Source of the DNA: Geosiphon pyriformis uo1
Taxonomy: Eukaryota > Fungi > Glomeromycota
Direction: 5' to 3'
Assembly: GCA_016748015.1 (NCBI GenBank)
Contig: JAAOMT010000046.1
Location: 248,001-312,000 of the forward strand
Length of the DNA stretch: 64,000 nucleotides
Within the stretch, counting starts at the first letter, position 1, and each line of letters begins with the position of its first letter. The notes under the pieces were generated by a model, which saw only the letters and a program-made list of their open reading frames with translations, made no database searches and was not told the origin of the DNA. Of this stretch, positions 12,576 through 24,600 are shown piece by piece. The translations under genes were made by a program, and so were the position numbers.

Positions 12576-13893
12576 TTATATCTAATTTTTGCTGATCATT
12601 TGGGTCGGTATTACCACAACAGGTAACCAATCAGATCGTTTGTGATATTTCTTGAGTCACGTGCCATGAACAAATCAATCATTAAAAATTTTTCTGGATT
12701 GATCTTGAAGAATATAAGAACCATTGTTCAGAACTTTGTTGACTATAAAGGGTCCTTTTCATTGGCTAGAGAATTTATCATTATAGACATTGTCTTTGTC
12801 TGAACGGTATTCCAAAACTAAGTCACCAACACTTAAGGAAAGTGTTTTATAGGTTTTTCTTTTTGAGCTTCTCTTGGAACTGTTTTATCTTTTCAAAGGC
12901 AATTATCCATGCTTCTACCAATGAGTCAAGAATAGTACCAAGTCTTCTTTGCAAAATGTCTTTGTAATCTCCTATTGTTATTTCTTCAAAAAGTATTGTT
13001 TCTATATCCATTTCTATTGGTAGAGTTGCTATTCGTTTATAGAGCAGATAAAAGGGTTCATAACTTGTTATGTCATGATTCACAGTTCTATAAGCAAACA
13101 AGGCTGAAGGCAATACTTTGTCCCATAGGTTGGTTTCTTCACTGGTTTTGGCTAGGGTTTCACATAGTGTTCTATTGAAACGTTTTACTAGGCCATTTGT
13201 TTGGGGGTAATAAGGGGAAGAAAGTTTATGACGTATTCCCATTTTTCTGCAAAGTTCTTCAACCAGTGTACTGAGAAAAGCTCTTCCTCTATCAGATAAA
13301 AGTTTTTTGGGGCAGCTGTGGTGACAGATAATATCTTCATAAATGAAATTGGCAATTGAGACTGCTGTTTGATCTGAGGTGGCTCTTGCTTCTACCCACT
13401 TTGTAAAATAGTTGGTAGCTGTGATAATGTATCTGTTGCCATCAGGAGTTACTGTTAAAGATCCAACAACATCTATACCAATTCTATCAAATGGTTGACC
13501 AACAGAGATTAAATGGATATCTTCCTTGCGATTGGGTTTTTCTCTTCTTTGGCAGGTATCACAGGTTTTGATGTATTTAGCAATGTCTTTTCCCAAGGTA
13601 GGCTAATAATAGCGAGCTAAAGTTTTCTGAATTGTTTTTGTTTTTCCAAAGTGTCTAGCTAATGGATCAGTGTGCATATTGTAGATCACAATTTCTTTTT
13701 TTTCAAATCTAATAACTCTCTGGGGGCAGTCAGGATCTTTTCTATTTCTTTTATATAACTGGTTCTGGCGAATCAAATAGAAATTTGATTGTTTGCACAA
13801 ATGTTCTCTTTGCTGTCGAGTATAGTCCAGCGGGTATTGTCCTTTACCCAAAAATTTCATTAAAGCAAAATAGTTGTCCAAGTCCATTATCAT
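12576..13893 (-). pseudogene. A3 integrase (HHCC zinc finger, DDE core, GPY/F module; no chromodomain seen)
   Basis: MIMDLDNY start; MHTDPLA.HFG...CDTCQ; IGIDVVG, LSDRG, TNGLVKRFN; WKGPF region. Confidence 0.92.
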
Positions 13894-13952
13894 GTTTGTT
13901 TGTAGGGGAGTTACAAATAATTAAGTTGGTTTGGTTTGAGAGGGTTTTACTA

Positions 13953-16647
13953 TTACTGGATGGTAAGTCTGGAGAGAGCGTCGATGTTTTGATGATTAGC
14001 TCCTTTGTGGTGTTGAATGTCATAGTCAAATTCGTTCAAGTGGAGTATCCAGCGAGTTATCCATTTATGTTCCAGGTTTATTTTGTTGCGTAGCCAAACC
14101 AAAGCTTGGTGATCTGTTACCACCAAAAATTTCACACCCTTAAGATATTTGTCCCAGTAGCTGGTAACCCAAACTACTGCTAAGCATTCCTGCTCAGTAA
14201 CTGAGTAGTTCCTTTCTGCTGGTGTGAGAGTTCTACTGGCATATGCTACGGTGTGTTCTCTGTTATCTTCATCTTTCTGGGAAAGAACAGCACCAAGTCC
14301 ATAGCCAGATGTATCAGTGTGGAGGATAAAAGGTTGATCCAAATTAAGTTGCATGAGGATGAGTTCTGTAACCAGTTTTTCCTTCAGAATTTTAAATGCT
14401 TTTTGTTGATAAGTGCCCCAGTGATAATTGATGTTTTTCTTAAGTAGCTGATTGAGAGAAGCAGCAATTTTGGAAAAATCCTTGACAAACTTGTGATAAT
14501 AAAAGGCCAAACCAAGAAAAGAGCGTAGTTCATGAACATTCATTGGTTGTCTAATGTTTTGAACTTTTTTAATTTTGGCTGGATCAGGGAAGATTCCATC
14601 TTTTGTAATAAGATGGCCAAGGAACTGGGTGGATTGATGTCCAAAGAATGATTTGATTGGATTGATCTTGAGACCAGCATTTTTAAGGAGGTCAAAAACC
14701 TTTTGCAAATGTTCAAGGTGTTCATTCCAGGTTTTTGAGTATACCATTATGTTATCCAAGTAGACTAGAACAAAGTTTTCTTTTACTGATTCAAATACTT
14801 TGTCCATTAAGCGTTGAAAGGTGGGAGGAGCATTTGTGAGACCAAAAGGCATGACTGTGAATTTGTAGGTACCATACTTGGTGATGAAGGCAGTTTTCTT
14901 TCTGCTTTTTGGATCCATCTCTACTTGCCAGAATCCAGCAGTTAAGTCAATGGTTGAGAAGAAAGCGGCACCATGGAATTGGTCTAGCATTGCATCAATC
15001 TTGGGAAGTGGGTACATGTCTTTTTCAGTAATGGCATTTAATTGGTGATAGTCAATACAAAAGCGTAGGGTTCCTCCTTTCTTGGATACCACTACAATTG
15101 GTAATGCCCATTCACTCTTGGTTTTCTGTATGAATCCAAAGGTTTTCATTTGGGTTATTTCCTTTTTGATAAACTCATCATTGTGCTGGTTGGATTGATA
15201 GGGCTTCAAATGGATGGGGTGAGTTTCTCTGGTGATGATGGTGTGTTGTATCACATGTGTACATCCAGGAGGTTCACCTTCTTTTGAGATAACTGGGCTG
15301 TTTCTAGCCAGCAGGTTTTTAATGTCTACTTTTCTTTCTTCTGGAAAGGGTTCTCTTTGTTCTACAACTAGTGATTGAATTTCAGGTGGTTCGTTTTCAA
15401 AAGACTTTTGGACTTCTTTTATTTCCTCTCGGGGTATCAAGCTAATTGGTTTCCAATCTTTGTAATAGATCAGGCAGGACATGCATTCATTGCTAGGAGA
15501 ATACAATGGTTTGTCGCACCAGCACCGGGCACAAAAACCATGCCACCAATAACTGTATTTGGCTTTCTTTGCCTGGCTTTCTGTCAAAGGTTCTTCTGAG
15601 CATGTCATAATAAGGCCAGCAGATCAGCTTGCCATTAACAATGATTCCTTCTTTATCTGCCTTGACATTATCCAGTGGTTTGCCATTGCTAATAAAGATG
15701 GTATAGGTGAGTTCAGTAGTTTCTTCTTGTTCTTCTTCTTCCTCACTTTCTTCATCATCTGATTCATCTGATTCATCTGATTCATTTTCTTCTGGGCTCT
15801 GCTTGGGTACTGGGGGAGTTGTCCAATGGCAACACTTAACCACAATGGATTTTTCACCACATCTTATGGTTAGTTCACAGAGTTCATAATCAAGCAAAGC
15901 CTTTGCTTTCTTGAGCCATTCATTGCCAACAATGATGGTGTATTCTTTTGCTTCAAACACTTCCATATCAGTTTCAATGCTGATGCCATTGATGCGGACA
16001 GGAATAGCTTTGGCTATGCCAAGCCCTTTTTTCTTATCACCATGCACATTGGTCATTGGTCATATGGATGGTTCATCAATTTTTCTGCCAATTGCTTCAA
16101 GAAAGTGTTTGGCAATAACACTAACAGATGATCTACTGTCTAGGATCAAATCAATGAAGTAGCCAGCCACTTGGGCTTTACAAATTAGAGGAGTGACATT
16201 GTTATTGTCAGCAAGTCCAGTTTGGTGAGGACGTTTGTTGGTTTTGGGTGTCTTTTTCTTTGGAATCAGGGATTTGTGAAGATCTTTTCTGAATTGTGGA
16301 TGGGTCATCAATTGGCCAAAGATTATATGTGCTGGGGTTTCTATAAGGTCTTTGACAACAGAATAGGGACTGGATTTTTGTACTATTTCTGGGGGTTCTA
16401 ACTTTGGAGGGTTCTTGAAAACTTTGGCTTTTGGGGGCTCATTGTTGTCAGCAGTTGATGTAGAAGCTTTATTGGGGTCTAGAACGAAATCAACTTTGGC
16501 TTTCTTCTTCTTTCTTGTGAATTCAGAGGGGTTGATTGCTAATTCATCTATGTCATGGTCATCATCAGTTAAGTTAAAAGTGTAAAAGGGGTTTTCTTCT
16601 GATTGGCTTGTACTCTCACCCTTTGAAGGTGTGCCTACCAGTTTAAA
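13953..16647 (-). pseudogene. pol: A3 pol: aspartic protease, acidic/Cys-rich linker, reverse transcriptase, RNase H
   Basis: ILDSRS (DSGS in other copies), IIVGNEWL, YPLPKID, MPFGLTNAP, VYLDN (YLDD), TDTSG, VVTDH, DALSRL. Confidence 0.93.
16595..16647 (-). promoter_or_regulatory. Gag-pol -1 ribosomal frameshift signal: T_TTA_AAC slippery heptamer plus 3' stem-loop
   Basis: Gag frame reads CCT TTA AAC TGG TAG. The -1 frame continues KLVGTPSKGESTSQ into pol. The heptamer is retained at 5348, 16641, 23392, 26676 and 44560. Confidence 0.82.
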
Positions 16648-17910
16648 GGCTGATAAACAGTGGCTTTAACTAGGAGATCCTCTCCAAAGAAATTGATGTT
16701 GGCATGATTAGGTCTTTGGTTGGGCACATTGTTGTTGTTGATCCTGTTGTTCTGAGCATCATTGTTTCTGAGGACTGGTGGAGGCAGTGGAGGATTGTTG
16801 CAATCTTTTGAAAAGTGTCCAGTTAATCCACAGCGATAGCATACAGGTGGGCCATGATTTTGTTGTCTTTGATAAGGTGGTTGCTGGGGCTGATTGAAGT
16901 GTGGTTCCTGTCTCTTATACACATCTTAAATTAGTTCTCAATCCTTTTGTGAAGGAGTAAATTTTCTGCTCTTCTGTCCAATTTCTTCCAGTGTCTACTC
17001 GTTTGATTAACTTTCTGATTGCTTTGGCGTATTTGGTTACAACTTCACCGGGACCTTGGGTTCTTCTTTCCAATTCCATACGCCATTTTGATATTAATAT
17101 TGGGGTTCTGAACTTGTTTTCAAACCGGGTAGTGAAAGAAGTGTTGATTTCTCCCACATTTGCTGGTGTCCATCTAACAATTCTTTGCTGGGCATTGGCA
17201 TCTGTTTCTTGTGAGAACCAGGTAGCAGGGGATTCTTGAAGGTAGCCACCAACAATTTGGAACTTGTACTCATCATTATATTGATTGGCTGTAACGGCTC
17301 TTTCAAAGTCATCCAACCATTCAATTGGATCTTGTGCATTACCTCTAAATAATGGTATTGGGGTGTTGTTTCTTCGCCCTAAAGCAGTTTGTATATCTTG
17401 GAGGGCAGCCAGAATGTTTGCTTGCATGGGGTCATTAGCCATTGGTTCAGGGGTAACTGTTTGTGTAGACGAGTCTGATTTGCTTGATAAAAGATCAAAA
17501 ACAGGTGCAGTTTGGTAGCTTTCTTCTTCTGTTTCAAAGGGAGTTTCAGTTGCTTGATGGGCAGCAATCCAAATGTGGATTTGATGATTCAGATATTCAA
17601 AATCAGAGGGCTGTTGTTCAAAGGTTGCAGAATATAAGAGCTGATTGATACTGTTGTTTTTTTCTTCAAAGTCATTTTCAAAATAAGCTTGGTCAAAGTA
17701 ATAGGTTGTATAAGCTGTGTAGATTTCAGCTGAATGCTTGTTCAGGAACCAGTTCCAAAAGTCTTGGAATTGTCTACTGGATTGTTCTTCAAGGGGGAAG
17801 CAGATCAAGCAGGAGGGCAGAGGATTAAGTTTAATGAAACTTTAGTTGTTTCTGTTGTGTGCTGCAAAGTGTTCTTCTGATTGCTGTGGCAGATATGAGT
17901 AATCACCCAT
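16635..17910 (-). pseudogene. gag: A3 gag: N-terminal extension, capsid-like retrotransposon gag domain, CCHC zinc knuckle
   Basis: Starts MGDYSYLPQQ; LFRGNAQDPIEWLDDFERA core; VCYRCGLTGHFSKDC; ends YQPLNW*. Confidence 0.88.
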
Positions 17911-17937
17911 ACAATGAGGGAATAAGTGAATTTTGAC

Positions 17938-17956
17938 AACCTCACAGGGAGCACCA
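17938..17956 (-). promoter_or_regulatory. Primer-binding site complementary to the 3' end of a tRNA, probably elongator tRNA-Met
   Basis: Sense TGGTGCTCCCTGTGAGGTT is the complement of AACCTCACAGGGAGCACCA (T-arm 3' strand, acceptor stem, CCA). It resembles eukaryotic tRNA-Met(e) ends. The same site occurs at ~6901, ~24964, ~28164 and ~43143. Confidence 0.8.
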
Positions 17957-18640
17957 CTTTTATGTTACAGGTTGGAGTAACAAGCTAACAGATAGCAAGA
18001 GAGAACAGTATTGTATGGTGATGGAAATAAACAAAGAGGGGATTACAATAAGGGAGTGAATTGAATAAGTAGGAATTCAATGTGTGTGATCAGTCTCATA
18101 AAAATCACAGTCGCTAATCTTTTTTTAAATCTGAAGGTAGAGGAATAGTCCATGATTGTCAACAAGATAACACCACTGCTATTATTCTATGCCTCAACTT
18201 GGTGATTCTTAGAATCAATAACAGGTATTGTTGTACTTTTCAATTGTTTCTTTATTCAATAAATTACAAGAGCAAGCCAATTGCTTCTCAGGCTAATTTT
18301 AACAAATACAAATCAAGAAGGGGAAAAGATAAGGTATGTGAATGCCAACAAGTAGATACTTGAAGGTAAGGAAAGGAGAATAAGCGATTATAAGAGGAAG
18401 TAATTAATATTGTTTATTTCATTACTTTGATCATGTCTTTCTACAGCTAAGGGAATCATCGCTTATATAGCTATCTAAAGTGGTCAATGACCAGGTCAAT
18501 GATCAGGTTAATGATCAGGTCAATAGTCAGGTCATTGATCAGGTCAACGATCACTATCTAAAAATAGGGTGGCTAATTATATGACATCAGTGGCTAATAC
18601 ATGTGATAATTAATAAAAACTATGTGTTTCAACCATAACA

Positions 18641-21600
18641 CTATGAGTTTTAACCATAACATCATCCTTTCTAAAGAGATTAAGCTCCAGCAAAATCAAA
18701 CTATTTAGGGAATACTCTATTTGAAGAGTTTTATCTAACTCAAAACTAACTAGTTTGTTGAAGTTATTTGTGGATAAGGTATATAAAACTTGAGACAAAA
18801 TGAGCTTTGTGTCCAAAAGACCAAATTTTTGTATAAGAGTTTTGGCTCTTCTTACAATGATCAAAACTCTTGGGACATCTAATCATACAATGTCCAAAAT
18901 TTCCACTTGTATCTCAAAAGTTGTTTTCTTCATGAGCTTCATGTCTTCTATGATTCCATCAAGGTGACTATAGAGTTCTAGTTGTCTTCCATATGACAAG
19001 TTTTTGTCTATGGACAAGATTTCTTTAATTGTTTTTCTAATTGTAATAGAAGGTGTAAGTATTGCTGCTGTTATACTTTCCAGCAAATACTTATCCATTT
19101 TGCTACCAATTTTTTCTCTTCTGGTAGTTGTTTTCTTTGGTCTGATAACAGTATGTGTTCCACTGTTATCAGTTATTGTAGTTTGTTTTCCAATAGTTAG
19201 AGTAGCATTTAGCTAATTTTTAATCCAATACTTATAAAGAGTATAGAAAGCGTTTTGAATGTTTTAATCCAGAAAATAATTGTTCATGTCAATTGAAGAT
19301 ACCTCTGTTTTGGGAGTGGTGCATTTATTTATATCTGATTTTTGCTGATCATTTGGGTCAGTATTACTACAACAGGTAACCAATCAGATTGTTTGTGATA
19401 TTTCTTGAGTTGCGTGCCATAAACAAATCGATCATTAAAAATTGTTCTGGATTGATCTTGAAAAATATAAGAACCATTGTTCAGAACTTTGTTGACTATA
19501 AAGGGTCCTTTCCATTGGCTAGAGAATTTATCATTATAGACATTGTCTTTGTCTGAATGATATTCCAAAACCAAATCACCAATGCTTAAGGAAAGTGTTT
19601 TATAGGTTTTTTTTTTCTTAAGCTTCTCTTGGAACTGTTTTATTTTTTCAAAGGCAATTATCCATGCCTCTACCAATGAGTCAAGAATAGTACCAAGTTT
19701 TTTTTGCAAAATGTCTTTGTAATTTTCTATTGTGATTTCTTCAAAGGGTATTGTCTCAATATCAGTTTTTATTGGTAGTGTTGCCATTCGTCTATAGAGC
19801 AGATAAAAGGATTCATAACTTGTTATGTTATGATTCACAGTTCTATAAGCAAACAAAGCTGAGGACAGTACTTTGTTTCATAAGTTTTCTTCACTTGTTT
19901 TGGCTAAGTTTTTACACAGTGTTCTATTAAAATGTTCTACTAGGCCATTTGTTTAGAGGTAATAAGGGGAGGAAAGTTTGTGATGTATTTTCATTTTTCT
20001 ACAAAGTTTTTTAACCAGTATACTGAGAAAAGCTCTTTCTCTATCAGATAAAAGTTCTTTGGGGCAGCCATGGTGACAAATGATATCTTTATAAATAAAA
20101 TTAGCAATGGAAACTGCTGTTTAATCTGGGGTGGCTTTTGCTTCTACTTACTTTGTAAGATAGTCAGTAGTTGTGATAATGTATCTGTTGTCATCAGGAG
20201 TTACTGTTAATGGTCCAACAACATCTATACCAATTCTGTCAAAGGGTTGGCCAACAGAGATTGAATGGATGTCTTCTTTGCGATTGGGTTTTCCTTTTCT
20301 TTGGCAGGTATCACAGGTTTTGATGTACTCAGCAATGTCTTTTCCCAAGGTAGGCTAATAATAGCAAGCTAGAGTTTTCTGAATTGTTTTTGTTTTTCTA
20401 AAGTGTCCAGCTAATGGATCAGTGTGCATGTTGTAGATCACAATTTCTCTTTTTTCAAATCTTATGACTCTCTGAGGGTGGTCAAGATCTTTTCTATTTC
20501 TTTTGTATAATTGGTTCTGGCGGATCAAATAAAATTTTAATTGTTTGTGCAAATGTTTTCTTTGCTGTCGAGTATATTCCAGTGGGTATTGTCTTTTACC
20601 CAAAAATTCCATTAAGGCAGAGTAGTTGTCCAAGTCCATTATCATGTTTGGTTGTAAGAGAATTACTAATAATTAGGTTGGTTTGGTTTGGAAGATTGTA
20701 CTGTCACTTGGTAGTAAGTCTGGAGAAGCATCGGCATTTTGATGATTAGCTCTTTTATGGTGTTAAATATCATAGTCAAATTCATTCAAGTGGAGTATCC
20801 AGCGGGCTATCCGTTTATGTTCTAGCCTTTTTTTGTTGCACAGCCAAACCAAAGCTTGGTGATCTGTTACCACCAAAAACTTCACACCAAAAAGATACTT
20901 ATCCCAGTAGCTAGTAGTCCAAACTACTGCTAAACATTCCTGCCCAGTAACTGAATAGATTTTTTCTGCTGGTGTAAGAGTTCTACTGGCATAGGCTATT
21001 GTATGTTCCTTGCCATCTTCATTTTTTTGTGAGAGAACAGCACCAAGTCTATAGCCAGATGCATCAGTGTGAAAGATGAAAAGTTGATCCAGATCAGATT
21101 GCTTGAGAATAGGTTCTGTAACCAATTTTTCTTTGAGGGTTTTAAATGCTTTCTGCTGATGTGTGCTCCAATGGTAGTTAACATTTTTCCTGAGTAGCTG
21201 ATTGAGTGGAGAGACAATTTTGGAGAAATTCTTAACAAATTTGCAATAATAGGAGGCCAAACCAAGGAAAAAACATAACTCATAAACATTCATTGGTTGT
21301 CTTATGTTTTGAACTTTTTTCACTTTGGCTGGATCAGGAAAGATTCCATTTTTTATAATAAAATGGCCAAGGAATTGGGTGGATTGTCTTCCAAAAAAAG
21401 ATTTGATTGAGTTGAACTTGAGATCTGCATTTCTAAAAAGATCAAAAACCTTTTGCAAATGTTTAAGGTGTTCATCCCAGGTTTTTGAGTACACCATTAT
21501 ATCATCCAGATAGACCAGAACAAAAAGTTTTCTTTTACTGATTCAAATATTTTATCCATTAAGCATTGAAAGATGGAAGAAGTATTGGTAAGACCAAAAG

Positions 21601-24600
21601 ACATGACTGTAAATTCATAAGTGCCATACTTGGTAATGAAGACAGTTTTCTTCTGGCTTTCTGGATCCATTTCTACTTGCCAGAATCTAGCAGTTAGATC
21701 AATGATTGAAAAGAAAGCAGCATCTTTGAATTGGTCCAATATTGCATCAATCTTGGGAAGTGGGTACATCTTTCTTTCAGTAATGACATTTAATTGGCAG
21801 TAGTTAATACAGAAGCATAGGGTTCCACCTTTCTTGGATACCACTACAACTGGAAAAGCCTATTCACACTTGGTTTTTTGTATGAATCCAAGTTCTTTCA
21901 TCTGGTTTATTTCTTTCTTGATGAATTTATCATTTTGGCAATTGAATTGGTAAGGCTTCAAATAGATAGGGTGAGTTTTTCTGGTGGTGATGATGTGTTG
22001 TATTACATGGGTTCGTCTTGGGATATCACTTTCTTTTGACATAACTGGGCTGTTTCTTGCCAACAGATTTTCAATGTCTATCTTTCTTTCTTTTGGAGAG
22101 GGTTCTTTTTGTTTTACTACTAATAATTAGATCTCAAGTGGTTTATTCTCAAAAGACTTTTGGACTTCTTTCAATTTTTCTCTAGGTATTAAACTGATTG
22201 GTTTCCAATTTTTGTAATAGATTAAGCATGATTTGTATTTGTCACTTGAAGAATACAAGAGTTGGTTGCACCAGCACTAGGCACAAAGACCATGCCACCA
22301 ATAACGGTACTTGGCTTTCTTGCCAGGCTTCTGGTCAAAAGTTCTTCTTAGGATATCATAGTAGAGCCAGCAGATCAACTTGCCATTCACAGTGATTCTC
22401 TCTCTATCAGTTTTAATATTGTCTAGTGGCTTGCCATTGCTGGTGAAGGTGGTATAGACAAGTTCAGCAGTTTTTTTTTGTTCTTCTTGTTCATCTTCTT
22501 CATCACTTTCTTCATTATCTGATTCCTCTGATTGCTCATCTTCTTGATTTTGTTTGGTTGCTGGAGGAGTTGTCCAATGGCAACATTTAACCACAATAGA
22601 TTTTTCATCACATCTTATGATTAGCTCACAAAGTTCATAGTTGAGTAAGGCTTTTGCTTTCTTGAGCCACTCATTGCCAACAATGATAGTGTATTCTTTA
22701 ACTTCAGAAACTTCCATGTCAGTTTCAATACTGATGCCATTGATGTGGACAGAAATAGCTTTGGCAATGCCCAGATCTTTCTTCTTGTCACCATGTACAT
22801 TGGTTATTGGTTGGGTGGAAGGCTCATCAATTTTTCTGTCAATTGCTTCAAGGAAGTGTTTGGCAATTACACTAACAAATAATCCATTGTCTAGAATCAA
22901 GTCAATGAAGTAACTAGCCACTTGTGCTTTGCAAATTAGAGGAATGACATTGCTGTTGTCAGCAAGTCCAGCTTGGCGAGGGCATTTATTGGTCTTTGGT
23001 GTTTTCTTCTTGGGAATTAGAGATTTGTGGAGATCTTTTCTGAACTGTGGATGGGTCATTAACTGGCCAAAGATAATGTGTACTAGGGTTTTTATGAAAT
23101 CTTTGACAACAGAATAAGGTCCAGATTTTTGTATTATTTCTGGGAGTTCTAGCTTTGGAGAATTCTTAAAAACTTTAGCCTTTGGTGGCTCATTATTATC
23201 AGCAGTTGATGTGGATGGTTTGTTTGGATCCAAAACGAAATCAACCTTGGCTTTCTTCTTCTTTCTTGTTGATTCTGTGGTGTTAATTGCTAGTTCATTC
23301 ATGTTATGATCATTATCAGTTAAGTTAAAGACATAAAAGGGGTTTTCTTCTGGTTGGCTTGTACTCTCACTCTTTGGAGGTGCACCTACCAGTTTAAAGA
23401 CTAATAAACAGTGGCTTCAACTAGGGGATCTTCTCCAAAGAAATTGATATTGGCATGATTAGGTTTTTGATTGAGGGCATTGTTGTTAATGGTTCTGTTG
23501 TTTTGATTGTCATTATTTCTGGGGACTGAAGGAGTTAAAGGAGGATTGTTGCAATCTCTTAAAAAATATCCAGTTAATCCATATCTATAACATACAGAAG
23601 GACCATGATTTTGCTGTCTTTAATAATAAGATTGCTAGAGCTGATTAAAATGTGGTTCATATTTGGGTCTTTGTGGTTATTGGTTATCTCTAACTGCTTG
23701 TGCCAAAAATTCTAATAACCAGGCAAGATTGGCTGTGAGTCTATCAATTAATTGTTTATTTGGATCTTGAGTTTGGGCAGCAAAAGAGACAGCAGCCATT
23801 TGAGGGACAGGAGCCATAACAGGAACAGGAGCAAAAACTGAAAGTGTAGATCCCAAATGTATTCTTTGGTTGTTTTCAATTCATTGGGCAAGTTTGATGG
23901 CTATGTCCATTGTAGGATTGTTTTTCAGGACCAAGAGAGACCAAAGAGCATAAGATAAATCGGTTCTCAATTTTTTTGTAAAAGAATAAATTTTTTGTTC
24001 TTCTGTCCAATTTCTTCCAGAGTCTATACGCTTGATTAACTTTCTGATTGCTTTAGCATATTCAGTTACAATTTCATCAGGGCCTTGAGTTTTTCTTTTT
24101 AATTTCATGTGCCACTTGGATATTAAGATTGGGGTTCTGAACTTGTTTTCAAACTGGGTTGTGAAAGAGGTATTGTTTTCTCCAGCATTTGCTAGCATTC
24201 ATCTAATAATTCTTTGATGGGCATTAGCATCAGTTTCTTGTGAGAACCAGGTAGCAGAAGAGCCTTGGAGGTAACCACCAACAATTTGAAACTTGTACTC
24301 ATTATTGTATTGATTGGCTGTAGCAGCTTTTTCAAAGTTATTCAACCATTCAATTAGATCTTGTGCATTGTCTCTGAATAATAGTAGTGGGGTGTTGTTT
24401 TTTTGTCTCAAAGCAGTTTGTATGCCTTGGAGAGTGGCCAGGATGTTTACTTGCATTGGATCTTGGGCCATTGGTTCAGGAGTTACTGTTTGTATGGAGT
24501 GCTCTAATTTACTTAAGAAGAGATCAAAAATAGAGGCTATTTGGTAGCTTTCTTCTTCTGTTTCAAGGGGAGTTACTGTTGATTGATGGGCAGCAATCCA

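Larger units (their letters stand above)
11184..18640 (-). mobile_element. Gypsy family A copy A3, near full length and best preserved, with variant-type LTRs 11184-11909 (3') and 17963-18640 (5')
   Basis: Two near-identical LTRs that differ in length by 48 bp (four 12-bp units). PBS 17938-17956, PPT 11910-11920, gag, PR-RT-RH, IN and ORF3. A ~230-bp gag deletion lies near 16915. Confidence 0.95.

Noticed and set aside
12576-12850. Chromodomain at the integrase C-terminus
   Set aside because: The sequence is a GPY/F (WKGPF...VHGT.LKKY) module ending shortly afterwards; no chromodomain motif is present.
16620-16657. 38-nt GT..AG intron that would fuse gag to pol in frame
   Set aside because: It is much shorter than the 60-120 nt host introns here and has a poor donor. 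The in-phase slippery heptamer explains the junction better, though splicing is not formally excluded.
18060-18170. Intact intron-containing tRNA-Met gene in the LTR
   Set aside because: Only the anticodon arm and variable loop match. There is no acceptor stem, T-arm or B-box, so it is reported as tRNA-complementary boxes instead.
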